Assembly: GCA_963702205.1 (NCBI GenBank)
Contig: OY969724.1
Location: forward strand, 2,880,001 to 2,944,000
Source: an uncultured candidate division Zixibacteria bacterium
GTDB lineage: Bacteria; Zixibacteria; MSB-5A5; GN15; PGXB01
Direction of reading: 5' to 3'
DNA: 64,000 nucleotides
Shown here: positions 42,191-51,727 of the stretch, in pieces
Layout of the letters: each line of letters starts with the position of its first letter
How positions within the stretch are numbered: the first letter of the stretch is position 1
Notes under the pieces: model-generated
The model's input: only the letters and a program-made list of their open reading frames with translations
The model's database searches: none
What the model was told of the DNA's origin: nothing
Translations under genes and position numbers: made by a program

Positions 42191-43009
42191 TCAGTTAAGT
42201 CGTTCTTTCATTTCGTCCAGCAATCGTACCGGGACCTTTTGAGAACCAATCATTCCGTAGCGGCCGTCACGGCCGTGATAGTCCGAACCTCCCGATATTA
42301 GCAGGTTATATTTTTGCGCCAGCCGTTTAAATCTTCTGACCAAACCCTCGTTGTGGCGACTATGATATACTTCGATACCGTCCAGACCATAACCGACGAA
42401 CTCTTCCAGATATCTGATCGTATTGCTGAGCGCCGGATGTGCCAGAAAGGCCAGCCCACCGGCATCGTGTATCAGCTTAATGGCGTTCGGCGGTTTGATA
42501 TTTTCTTTGGGGACATAACCGGGTCCGTTATTGCCGATAAGCCTGTCAAAAGCCTCATTATAGTTTCGGACGGCACCCGTCCTGACCAGAGCGTCGGCTA
42601 CGTGAGGTCGTGCAATCGCGGACTCTCCGGCTATTTCGATCACCAATTCCTCAGGGACATTTATTCCTATCTTTTTCAATTTATTTAACATCTCAGCCCC
42701 GCGCTGGTTCCGCCTGCGGCGCAGTTCCACAAGGGTTTCGGACAGAAGCTGCGATCCCGGATTAAAAAGATATCCCAGCATATGGATATCTTCACCGGCC
42801 TCCCCACACGACAGTTCGACCCCCGTCACAAGCTCGACGTCGGCATCATTTAAGGCGCTTTCCGCTACAGCATATCCCCCGATATTGTCGTGGTCCGTAA
42901 TCGAGATGGCCTTTAGCCCCAGATCTTTGGCCAGTCTGAGCAGACTCTCCGGGGAATCGGTTCCGTCGGAAAAAGTCGAATGCAAATGCAGGTCGATGTA
43001 GGCTGGCAT
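42191..43009 (-). CDS. PHP-domain phosphoesterase (TrpH/YciV-like)
   Basis: DLHLHSTFSDG, ITDHD, GVELS, RPHVA, LAHP, GGSDYHG. Confidence 0.93.
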   Translation of the reverse strand: MPAYIDLHLHSTFSDGTDSPESLLRLAKDLGLKAISITDHDNIGGYAVAESALNDADVELVTGVELSCGEAGEDIHMLGYLFNPGSQLLSETLVELRRRRNQRGAEMLNKLKKIGINVPEELVIEIAGESAIARPHVADALVRTGAVRNYNEAFDRLIGNNGPGYVPKENIKPPNAIKLIHDAGGLAFLAHPALSNTIRYLEEFVGYGLDGIEVYHSRHNEGLVRRFKRLAQKYNLLISGGSDYHGRDGRYGMIGSQKVPVRLLDEMKERLN

Positions 43010-43013
43010 TTGT

Positions 43014-44540
43014 TTATAATTTGCTTTCGACGATTTGTTTTATTTCCGACGCCAGCTTATCGCTTTTTTTCTGCAAATCCGCCGCCTTTTTCGTCATGTC
43101 GTCCACGAATTCCTTGTCCTCGAAACTGCCCGTGTTGATCTTCACGTTGTAAATGGCACCTTCCAGGCCCGCCCTGGCCATAAGAGCCGCGACCCCGGCG
43201 TCTGAGACCGAATTGACATTTCCCTTCTCCGCCACGATTTTCGAGAATTCCATTACTTGAAGGGCCAGCCCGGCAGTTTCAAGCGGTACCAGCGTCGCCA
43301 GTTTGGTCGCTTCGTACACCGCCAGATCACGTTTCTTCTTTTCTTCGTCGAAATCTTTGGGCATTTTCATCGCGGCCATAAGTTTATCGAACGCATCGCC
43401 GTCTTTCTTGATCATATCCTGCAATTTCAGCCGAAGTGCTTCCGATTGATCCAGCAGTGCCGTTAGTTCCTCGGCGACGTCATTATATTTCTTTTTCAGG
43501 ACGGTCAGTCGACACACCATCGAATTGAGCGCCGCACCCATCGCCGCCGCGGCCGCCGATACCGAGCCTCCTCCGGGCGTCGGGGTCTTGGCCGCGACTT
43601 CCTCATAGAAGTTGCCCGACGTGGCACCACCTCCACCGCCTGAGCGACGAATCTTTTCTTCGAGCACCTGCTCCGCGCTGAAACCTTCCAGCTGCAAACA
43701 GTATTCCGCCACGTCGAGCAAGGCGTCCTGCGGAACCAAGCCGACGATCTCAGACGACAGCACGTTAACCCCGTACCGGGCCGCCTCGGCCTTGATCGTC
43801 TGAAACACGCGGAAAATCGGCGTCTGCATGTAATTGACCAGATTCATCGACACCTGGGTGCAGTTACGTTCCTTGATCATGAATCCCATCGCCTTGACAA
43901 ACCTGTACCCGCCGCGAATAAACCTCACGGCATCGGCGATTTTGCTTGCTATCGAAACACGGTTAGTATCGAGATAGACGTTGTACGCTACCAGCGGCAG
44001 ACGCACCCCGATGGCCGTCGCCCCGGCCTTGAGGTTCATTTTGGCCGGACCGTAATCGGGCTTGCGGGACGGGTCTTTTTCAATGGCCTCGATCAACCCC
44101 TCATACTGCCCCTCACGCACGTCGGCCAGGTTTTCCCGCGCCGGACTCGACGCCGCCGATTCATACAGGAAGACGGGAATATTCAGTTCCGAGCCGACTC
44201 TTTCCCCAAGCTTTTTGGCCAGTTCCACCGTCTCCGAGACTTTTATGCCGGATATCGGAATAAACGGACAGACGTCGGTCGCACCCATACGCGGGTGTTC
44301 TCCGGAATGCTTTTGCATATCAATCAGTTCGGCAGCCTTCTTAATCCCCCGAAAACACGCCTCGACCGCATCCTCCGGCGGACAGACGAACGTCACCACG
44401 GCCCGGTTGTGGTCCCCGTCCATGGAATGATCCAGCATCGTCACGTTTTGCACCGAGCTTATCTCGGCTATAATCGCGTTAATTACTTCCTTGCGCCTTC
44501 CTTCGGAAAAATTCGGAACACACTCGACAAGTCGTATCAT
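43014..44540 (-). CDS. ftcD: glutamate formimidoyltransferase / cyclodeaminase
   Basis: ECVPNFSEGR, DHNR, HPRMGATDV, SEIVGL; C-terminal PTPGGGS...SDAGV cyclodeaminase domain. Confidence 0.95.
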   Translation of the reverse strand: MIRLVECVPNFSEGRRKEVINAIIAEISSVQNVTMLDHSMDGDHNRAVVTFVCPPEDAVEACFRGIKKAAELIDMQKHSGEHPRMGATDVCPFIPISGIKVSETVELAKKLGERVGSELNIPVFLYESAASSPARENLADVREGQYEGLIEAIEKDPSRKPDYGPAKMNLKAGATAIGVRLPLVAYNVYLDTNRVSIASKIADAVRFIRGGYRFVKAMGFMIKERNCTQVSMNLVNYMQTPIFRVFQTIKAEAARYGVNVLSSEIVGLVPQDALLDVAEYCLQLEGFSAEQVLEEKIRRSGGGGGATSGNFYEEVAAKTPTPGGGSVSAAAAAMGAALNSMVCRLTVLKKKYNDVAEELTALLDQSEALRLKLQDMIKKDGDAFDKLMAAMKMPKDFDEEKKKRDLAVYEATKLATLVPLETAGLALQVMEFSKIVAEKGNVNSVSDAGVAALMARAGLEGAIYNVKINTGSFEDKEFVDDMTKKAADLQKKSDKLASEIKQIVESKL

Positions 44541-44553
44541 ACCGTCATCTCCA

Positions 44554-45519
44554 TTATTTCTTTATCTTACTAATACGGGCCTTAAGCCCCCACGCCAGAA
44601 GCGGGATCATTATTTCATGATGTCCCACAAAATTAAAGCCTTTACCGGCCCGGTCGGTCGGCCGCTGCACGACGTTGACCATCGGGCGATACTGAAGAAT
44701 CATATCGAAATTAGCCGTATTGATTTTCCGCGCCTGCTTCTTGACATTGCGCGCGATCGTCAGCGCCTTGAGAAACACTTCGGGCAGCAGCACTGCCGAC
44801 CCGAAATTGGCGACCACCCCGCCCCGGTCGGCATCAATCAGGACATTTGATAAAATCTTGAAATCGCGGTATGACGCTTCCGCCGCCGGACCGGGCAAAA
44901 ACGACGGGAGCTGCTGCACTATATCGGTCCCGATCGCCAGATGCACCGTCGCCGGGATATTCTTTTTGTATGCCGCATGAAAGAGCGAGTGCTTGCGGAA
45001 ACGAGCCTTGTTGATTTCAATGTACTTCCCGGCCGCCTCCCCCAGTCCGGTCCCGCCTTCCGACGCCTCCGCGATCACTCCGGCGAACATCGCCGCCGTT
45101 TCTTCGGACATGCCGAACGAGCCGTCGTGCACCCCGGCCAAAACGTCCTCCGATGTCATTCCCGCGAAGGCCAGTTCCAAATCGTGTATCAGCCCGGCGC
45201 TGTTGAACGACAACCCGGTCACGATATCTTTTTCGATCAAATCGATAATAATCGGTGACAGACCGACTTTGATGACGTGCGCGCCCATCATGGCATGAAA
45301 CGGCAGCCCTTTTTGTCGGGCTTTCTTTATTAAAGCTATGACTTCGCGGAAATCATCGGCTTTGAGAAAGTGCGGCAGGCTGTCGAAGAAATCCCTGGCC
45401 GATCCGGTCTGGCAGACTTTTCCCAGTCCGGAAAATGAAACCTTGCTCGGCCGTTTGCTAAGGGAAACGGTCTTGACCCGGTTCAGGTCGACCAATTTAA
45501 ATTTTGATTTTTGTCCCAT
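44554..45519 (-). CDS. conserved hypothetical protein (possible DHS-like NAD/FAD-binding fold)
   Basis: GAHVIKVG, IHDLE, SEDV...GSFGM..ET, TVH.AIGTDI, GSAV.LPEVFLKA, GHHEIM. Confidence 0.6.
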   Translation of the reverse strand: MGQKSKFKLVDLNRVKTVSLSKRPSKVSFSGLGKVCQTGSARDFFDSLPHFLKADDFREVIALIKKARQKGLPFHAMMGAHVIKVGLSPIIIDLIEKDIVTGLSFNSAGLIHDLELAFAGMTSEDVLAGVHDGSFGMSEETAAMFAGVIAEASEGGTGLGEAAGKYIEINKARFRKHSLFHAAYKKNIPATVHLAIGTDIVQQLPSFLPGPAAEASYRDFKILSNVLIDADRGGVVANFGSAVLLPEVFLKALTIARNVKKQARKINTANFDMILQYRPMVNVVQRPTDRAGKGFNFVGHHEIMIPLLAWGLKARISKIKK

Positions 45520-46343
45520 CAGAAATCGAGTATTTCGCCCAGTTCGTAGCCGGTCAGTTCCGCCGAAATCGACCCGACTATCACTTTTGATTTCATCAGC
45601 ACCGGCAGCTTCAGCCGGTCGTCAGTCAGCCAGACGGTCAGCTTGCCTTCATTCTTGAAAATCCCCGGACTTTGCAGCAAGGGTTCGACCACGATGCAAT
45701 CGAATCGCCCGGCCTTGACTTTGATCTGTTCTTTGCGCAGGACGTTCACCTGGAGCGGGTAGACTTTACCGTCGGTGAAGTTGTCGACGGAAATCGATTG
45801 CCCGACTTTCAAATCCTGCGTGCGTATATAGTACAGCACCGACAATGCATCCTGCGTGAACGGGGCCACTTCGATCGTATCGTCCTCGAAATAAATTTGA
45901 TTGAAAAAAGGATCGTAATTGTGCACCCGGTCGGACCGGTACGATCCCTCGCGCAGGTGCTTCTCGAAATGCCACGAAAACATGGCGTCGACGTCCATTA
46001 TGCTTTCGACCTGGTCTTCCACCCGGTAAAACGACGAGAAGAACTTATTGGAATTGGCCTTCGATATGATATGATAGCAAGGCCGTTTATTGTAATCGAC
46101 CAGCCCGGCCACTTCCATCGTTGCGTACCCGGCGTTGATGAAACCGTAGTTTATATCGTACGATAACTTTTCTCCCGGACCGAAGGCATCATTGGGAATA
46201 TATCTCAGGAGGTTGTCGGATTTCGGCGCGGCTTGCCCCGAATCGCTTTGCGCCTTGGCCGACGCCAGCGCGAAGTACGAAAAATATGCCGATGCGCAAA
46301 TAATCGTAAGCACAATCAATGTCGCGGCAAATTTCTTAATCAT
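45519..46343 (-). CDS. DUF3108-family exported protein
   Basis: F..GEKL.Y...YGFI.AG, VKAG.FDC, VWLTDD..KLPV. Confidence 0.8.
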   Translation of the reverse strand: MIKKFAATLIVLTIICASAYFSYFALASAKAQSDSGQAAPKSDNLLRYIPNDAFGPGEKLSYDINYGFINAGYATMEVAGLVDYNKRPCYHIISKANSNKFFSSFYRVEDQVESIMDVDAMFSWHFEKHLREGSYRSDRVHNYDPFFNQIYFEDDTIEVAPFTQDALSVLYYIRTQDLKVGQSISVDNFTDGKVYPLQVNVLRKEQIKVKAGRFDCIVVEPLLQSPGIFKNEGKLTVWLTDDRLKLPVLMKSKVIVGSISAELTGYELGEILDF

Positions 46344-46350
46344 ACCCGTA

Positions 46351-46851
46351 TCATTCGCTTTCTTCGGCCTTTTTCGCGGCGGCCTCCTCTATATGCGGCA
46401 GAATCCGGCCCAGTTCCTCACCGATCTCGAGAAAGGCATGGTTGTAAATATCCAGCGTGCCGCCGATCGGATCATCGATCCCCTCACCCTCGCATCCCTT
46501 TTTGGGATAATTTCTCAATAAGTACACTTTGTCGCGTGAGGATTCCGACATCCGTTTAACCTGCTGACAGTGCGACGGACTCATACACAGCACCAGGTCC
46601 ATCCTTTCGATCAGTTCCCGTGTCACCGGCTGCGATTTGTGCTTGCTGATGTTGGCTTCCCATATTTTCGCCGCTTCGATCGCGAAATCGGTGGCGGCAT
46701 ATCCGTATATCGCCCCGGTGCCGGACGAAACGATCTCGACGTTTGTTATATCATCTTTTTCGAGAAGTTTCTTCAGCGCTCCCTCGGCCATGGGCGAGCG
46801 GCAGGTATTACCGGTGCAGACGAACATGATTCTGTACTTTCCGGGCATCAT
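46351..46851 (-). CDS. low-molecular-weight protein Tyr/Arg phosphatase
   Basis: FVCTGNTCRSPMAE, DDPIGG; likely start MMPGKY at 46851. Confidence 0.93.
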   Translation of the reverse strand: MMPGKYRIMFVCTGNTCRSPMAEGALKKLLEKDDITNVEIVSSGTGAIYGYAATDFAIEAAKIWEANISKHKSQPVTRELIERMDLVLCMSPSHCQQVKRMSESSRDKVYLLRNYPKKGCEGEGIDDPIGGTLDIYNHAFLEIGEELGRILPHIEEAAAKKAEESE

Positions 46852-47480
46852 ACCGGCACCTCCCCCGCGATATCCTCCCGGCTGATGGCACCTTCGCGCA
46901 GAACGACGGCTTTGTCTCCGCTGCAATCGACCACGGTCGAAACCGGCCCGTCGAGCTTTCCGGCGTCCAGATAAAGATCGACCTCTCCGCCAAATTCAAC
47001 GGCTATATCATCGACCGTCTCGGCGTCGGCCAGACCTGATCTATTGGCGCTGGTGGCAGTGAGGTCGAACGAGAGACTATCCAGCAAATCAGCAATGACT
47101 TTCGACGATGACACCCTCAAGCCGATCTTGCCTTCAAATGCGGCCGGATGCGGCCGATCCTCGCGGGCTTTCAAAACCAGGGTCATCGCGCCCGGCAAAA
47201 ACTTCGCGGCCAGTTTTTTCGAAACGTCCGTTTCAATCGCATAATCGGAGATACAGCCCGTGTTTTTTATGAATATGGCCGACGGATTCTTTGTACTGCG
47301 GCCTTTTATATCATACACCTTTTGCACCTGGTTCGCCCTGTCGGCCCGCACCGCCAGACCGTAGCGCGTCTCCGTCGGGACGACAACAACGCCTTCGCGA
47401 TTCAAAATGTCTGCGGCCGCCTGTATGATATCATTCTCCGGGATTAACGGGTTGATCCTGAGGATATTGGGTCGTATCAT
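46848..47480 (-). CDS. tsaC: L-threonylcarbamoyladenylate synthase (YrdC/Sua5 family)
   Basis: PTETRYGL, IKGR, PGAMTLV, TATSANRSG, STVVD. Confidence 0.92.
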   Translation of the reverse strand: MIRPNILRINPLIPENDIIQAAADILNREGVVVVPTETRYGLAVRADRANQVQKVYDIKGRSTKNPSAIFIKNTGCISDYAIETDVSKKLAAKFLPGAMTLVLKAREDRPHPAAFEGKIGLRVSSSKVIADLLDSLSFDLTATSANRSGLADAETVDDIAVEFGGEVDLYLDAGKLDGPVSTVVDCSGDKAVVLREGAISREDIAGEVPV

Positions 47481-48081
47481 CTGCCTTTTCCGTACTGTCT
47501 GCGTTCATACCGCCGAGCGAATCGGTGAAGGGAATTATTTCGGCGTTATCGTAAAGGCCTTCCATCCGCCGCACTCCCACGTTGACCTTAACCACCCAGG
47601 CGTTTTTGTATCCGGCTTCCACGGCGGCCGGGACATATTTCTCGGCCGACTCACGGTCGTTGAAATCTCCGACCCTGATTTTGTAATACGGTACTTCGTA
47701 ATCCAGCCAGACTTTTTTATCGAATACTTCCCGGGCGATTTTCAGTTCCGTCATGGCCGGTTGGTACGTCTTCGAGGTGAACAGCTGAATCCGGTACGAT
47801 TCCGTGCGGTCACCGGATTCACCGGGCAAATTTATCTTAAGCGAATCGGCCGCTCCGCCCGCGGTACCTGAGGCCGCCGAATCGACTGCAACCTGAACGG
47901 CGTGTCCCGGAACGACCGCGAAATCGGCGGATATTCCGAGCGGGTCGTCATCGATTTTTTCGGGACGGCGGGTAGCCGACTCTTCCCCGGCCCCGCGTTC
48001 AAACGAACCCCTGCAGCCGACCAAAATCGTGAGTACGGCCAGCAGTGACACCGCGTATATTTTCCACGTTCTTAACATCAT
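47431..48081 (-). CDS. SPOR-domain lipoprotein
   Basis: Lipobox LVGC; YRIQL, PYYKIRVGDF, GYKNAWVV. Confidence 0.85.
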   Translation of the reverse strand: MMLRTWKIYAVSLLAVLTILVGCRGSFERGAGEESATRRPEKIDDDPLGISADFAVVPGHAVQVAVDSAASGTAGGAADSLKINLPGESGDRTESYRIQLFTSKTYQPAMTELKIAREVFDKKVWLDYEVPYYKIRVGDFNDRESAEKYVPAAVEAGYKNAWVVKVNVGVRRMEGLYDNAEIIPFTDSLGGMNADSTEKADDTTQYPQDQPVNPGE

Positions 48082-49157
48082 AAATATTTTTTCCGATTGT
48101 CGTCTTTGGAGATTTCCGCCAGGACCTGCTTGACCTGGTTGGCATAAGTCTTGTGTGCCACGAAGACAATATTATCGGTTTTAACCACGACCAGGTCGGA
48201 AACCCCCAGCGTGACGATCAATCCCTCATCTTCATTGTAAATCGTATTCTCATAAGAATTCATGGTCATGGCGTCGCCGACAATGACGTTGTGCTCGTGG
48301 TCGCGCTCTTTGTACCGTTCCAGCGCATTCCAGCTTCCGATATCGTCCCAGACAATATCGCCTTTGATCGTCAGCACGTTGGCGGCGTTCTCCAGCACGG
48401 CAAAATCTATAGAAATGGGATCGCTTTCATCGTAAAGTTTGCGCCGCTCGGCCAGTTCATCGTCGGTACCGATTGACGGAGCGTAATCCGCCAGTCCTTT
48501 GCCGATATCGGGGACGCACTTCCCGATCGCATCGAGGATCGAAGACGCCGACCAGATAAACATCCCCGAATTCCAGAGATGACGGCGGCTGTAATAATAT
48601 TCCTGCGCCACCGCCTGGCTCGGTTTCTCGGTGAACGCTTCGACTTTGTAAACCGCCACGTTGCCCATCGCCCGGTACTGATCGGCCAGTTTTATATAGC
48701 CGTATCCCGTTTCAGGACGAGTCGGGTCGATTCCGATCGTGATCAATTTATCATCCGAAGCCGCAATTTCCGCCCCGGCCAGAATCATGTCATGGAGTTT
48801 TTCGGCAGGACGGATAATATGATCGGCCGACAGCACCACCATCACACCGTCTTTGTCGGCGTTTTTTATATGCTGGGCCGCCAGCCCGATGGCCAGGCAG
48901 GTATTGCGACCGAACGGTTCCGATAAAATATTGTCCAGCGTCAGTTCTTTAATGTCGCCCAGTATCGGGTCGACCATGTTTTCAGACGTGACAATCAGAA
49001 GGCGCTCGTAGGGTACAATCGGCAAAATCCGGTTGACCGTCTCCTGCAGCATGGTTTTGTCGGAAATCAGACGCAGCAACTGTTTGGGTCGCTGGGACCG
49101 CGACAGGGGCCAGAATCTTTCACCGCGTCCCCCGGCGAGAATTACGGCATGAATCAA
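48078..49157 (-). CDS. manC: mannose-1-phosphate guanylyltransferase
   Basis: ILAGGRGERFWPLSR..PKQ, EP.GRNT, GYGYI, FTEKP, WNSGMF, SIDFAVLE, WDDIGSW. Confidence 0.95.
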   Translation of the reverse strand: MIHAVILAGGRGERFWPLSRSQRPKQLLRLISDKTMLQETVNRILPIVPYERLLIVTSENMVDPILGDIKELTLDNILSEPFGRNTCLAIGLAAQHIKNADKDGVMVVLSADHIIRPAEKLHDMILAGAEIAASDDKLITIGIDPTRPETGYGYIKLADQYRAMGNVAVYKVEAFTEKPSQAVAQEYYYSRRHLWNSGMFIWSASSILDAIGKCVPDIGKGLADYAPSIGTDDELAERRKLYDESDPISIDFAVLENAANVLTIKGDIVWDDIGSWNALERYKERDHEHNVIVGDAMTMNSYENTIYNEDEGLIVTLGVSDLVVVKTDNIVFVAHKTYANQVKQVLAEISKDDNRKKYL

Positions 49158-49222
49158 GTCGGTTTCCTCCGGTAATTAAAATCTTATATAGTAACTATAT
49201 ACGGTCCCGATGTCAACAATAG

Positions 49223-49801
49223 CTATTCGCCAAAAATGGTCGCCTGGAATTTATAGACGGTCGCGTCGGGAGACAGATAGTCCTGCTTGTTCAGACCCGC
49301 TTTCAGGCAGGTCTGTTCCAGCAACGTCGTCCGGTCCCAGTTATAATCGACCGCGACCTGGGGCAAAAGCAGCCCCCGCGCCGGGCCTTTGAAAATCATC
49401 AAACCGTCGCGCCCGACCACGATCTCATCCCAGTTATTGACTTTTTGCAAAGGCGAAAGAACCGATATCTCGATATGGATTTTCTTTAATTCATCCTCGG
49501 TCACCGGAGGGAAGCGGGGATCCTCGACCGCCGCCTTGACGGCACACTCGGAGACACATTCATGAAGCGGCCCCAGCGCAGTCGTGTATCCGATGCACCC
49601 CCGAAGCTGGCCGTTTTCTTCGAGCGTCACGAAGGCCATACCGAACTTGGCGATGTCGTCGGTAACGTCGAAATGCGGCATCGTCTTCCCGGCCAGGTGA
49701 GCCTCCAGCGACTTTCGGGCGATCTTTAAAAGCAGGTCCTTGTCCGTCTGGTTCAACTCCATCTGATGCGGCAACTCCGGCTCGTCCGACTTCGTTTCCA
49801 C
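49223..49801 (-). CDS. amrA: AmmeMemoRadiSam protein A (AMMECR1 domain); probably the C-terminal part of a B-A fusion
   Basis: AFVTL...LRGCIG, DPRFPP, EISVLS, GLLLPQV, CLKAG. Confidence 0.9.
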   Translation of the reverse strand: METKSDEPELPHQMELNQTDKDLLLKIARKSLEAHLAGKTMPHFDVTDDIAKFGMAFVTLEENGQLRGCIGYTTALGPLHECVSECAVKAAVEDPRFPPVTEDELKKIHIEISVLSPLQKVNNWDEIVVGRDGLMIFKGPARGLLLPQVAVDYNWDRTTLLEQTCLKAGLNKQDYLSPDATVYKFQATIFGE

Positions 49802-50721
49802 TTCGGCATCGGTCTTTGCCCCCCCCTGGATGACTTATAGAACACAAGCGCGGCATAACCGACGACCGAGCTCTTGTCCCCCGTTATATCGCCGGAGTCG
49901 GCATGCTTGAGCAGCTTGACCTTATTAGCGCCGTGAGCTATGGCGGCCTTAATAACCGCGGCCGCGGCTCCCCCACCGCACATTTCGGTTTTGCCATCGG
50001 CGAGGTTTTCGTAGAGACGGTCCGGGTCCATGTCCAGCATGCACTCCAACCCCACCGAATCCATCCCGGACCCGACCGAGGCGGCGCGATAGTGCTGCCA
50101 GTCGCTCGATGCCACCATAACCGTCCGGTCGTCGATATGAAGCGACGACAGGGCATCGGCCAGTAGATCGACCGTCTGTCGGTCCTGATTGCCGATTACG
50201 ATGGGGACTATCTTGAAATTTTTTAATACCGTCTGAAGATACGGCAATTGCACTTCCAGGCAGTGCTCCTGGTCGTGAGCCTTGGCAACGACGTTGAAAT
50301 TCTTGTTGTACTTCAATAACTGATCGCAAAGAGCGTCGTCGCAGGGTACTATACCGAGCGGCGTGCGCCATTTAATGAACGGCCCGTAAACCGACAGACC
50401 ATAGAAAGCATAGTGGTGCGATGGCCCGCACATGATGACGGTTGATACATTTTTATTTTCAAGCAATTTATAAGCATAAGCCGCCACCCCGCCCGAATAA
50501 ATTAGCCCGGCATGCGGCACCACAACCGCGAGAATCTGGCCGTCGATTTCAGGGAGATTGGTAACCGCCGCCAGGTGGGCGTTAACCATGCTCTGAAGTT
50601 CTGCGGAATCGGCGGGATAAAATGTCCCGGCTACAGCCGGCGGCCGTTCTATGGCAAGTGCAGCCGAAAATGCCAGGATTACAACAATGAAGACAATAAA
50701 GAATACATTAAATAGGCGCAT
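49753..50721 (-). CDS. amrB: AmmeMemoRadiSam protein B (MEMO1 family) with Sec-type signal peptide
   Basis: RPPAVAGTFYP, PHAGLIYSG, GPSH, EHCLEVQLP, ASSDWQHY, SGD...VVGY; AAGGAG RBS before ATG 50721. Confidence 0.92.
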   Translation of the reverse strand: MRLFNVFFIVFIVVILAFSAALAIERPPAVAGTFYPADSAELQSMVNAHLAAVTNLPEIDGQILAVVVPHAGLIYSGGVAAYAYKLLENKNVSTVIMCGPSHHYAFYGLSVYGPFIKWRTPLGIVPCDDALCDQLLKYNKNFNVVAKAHDQEHCLEVQLPYLQTVLKNFKIVPIVIGNQDRQTVDLLADALSSLHIDDRTVMVASSDWQHYRAASVGSGMDSVGLECMLDMDPDRLYENLADGKTEMCGGGAAAAVIKAAIAHGANKVKLLKHADSGDITGDKSSVVGYAALVFYKSSRGGQRPMPKWKRSRTSRSCRIRWS

Positions 50722-50815
50722 ATATATCTCCTTTGGGCACAATACTATTCCTTATACACACGGTCAAGCAAAAAAGTATTGGCGTCCCGGAGGCAAAGCG
50801 TTGTATATAAATTAG

Positions 50816-51727
50816 ATGAGTAAAGTTGTCGTCATAAGAAAGCCGGGGCTTGAAAAAGCCGGCCGCGATGATTATTCCGGTATGTTGAAAGCCGGTTTGG
50901 CCGAGTTGTTCGGTGTCACGAACCCGATTGCGACTTTGGCCGAAATGTTTGATTCGGGTGCGGTCGGCATGAAAACCAACTGCCTGGCGCGGCATTTCAA
51001 CTCGACTCCGGTGGCGCTTACCGAAGCGTTCGGCGATTTTCTTAACAAGGCCGGAGTAAAAGACAACAACATCGTCGTCTGGGAACGAACCAACCGCGAA
51101 TTGAAAGACGCCGGGTATGAACTCAATGCTTCATCGTTCGGTCGCCGATGCCTCGGGACCGACACCAACGGCGTCGGCTACAGCTCGTCGTTTTACACTT
51201 CCGGCGATGTTAACTCGCTGGTATCGTTAATATTGACGGATATACTTAAATATAACGTTAATGCGCCCGTCCTGAAAGATCACAGCCTGGCCGGACTTTC
51301 GGGAGGCCTAAAAAACCTCTACGGCGCAATACACAACCCCAATAAATATCACGATGATAATTGCAATCCGAGCGCCGCGCACGTCGCCGATCTCGCCCCC
51401 ATTCGCGACAAAACGGTGCTGACGATTATCGATGCGGTCAAGGTCCAGTATAACGGCGGGCCGGGATATAACAGCCACTACCTCGAAAATTACGGCGGGC
51501 TGATTATCGCCAAAGACCCGGTCGCGGCCGACGCGGTTGGCTTAAAAATATTAGAGAATCTGCGCGCCAAATACAATCTGCCGGATCTGGAAAAAGCGGG
51601 ACGACCGGCCAAATATCTGAAAACTGCGGAGCAGCTCGGACTCGGGACGGCGGATCTCGACAAAATCGATCTCAAGGTCCTTGCGGTCGATAGCAACGGC
51701 GGCGTTTCCGCCGGGGAGTTAATCTGA
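50816..51727 (+). CDS. DUF362 domain protein
   Basis: VGMKTNC, VWER, NAPVLKDH..AG.SG.LKNLYG, IDA, DPVAAD. Confidence 0.85.
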   Translation: MSKVVVIRKPGLEKAGRDDYSGMLKAGLAELFGVTNPIATLAEMFDSGAVGMKTNCLARHFNSTPVALTEAFGDFLNKAGVKDNNIVVWERTNRELKDAGYELNASSFGRRCLGTDTNGVGYSSSFYTSGDVNSLVSLILTDILKYNVNAPVLKDHSLAGLSGGLKNLYGAIHNPNKYHDDNCNPSAAHVADLAPIRDKTVLTIIDAVKVQYNGGPGYNSHYLENYGGLIIAKDPVAADAVGLKILENLRAKYNLPDLEKAGRPAKYLKTAEQLGLGTADLDKIDLKVLAVDSNGGVSAGELI

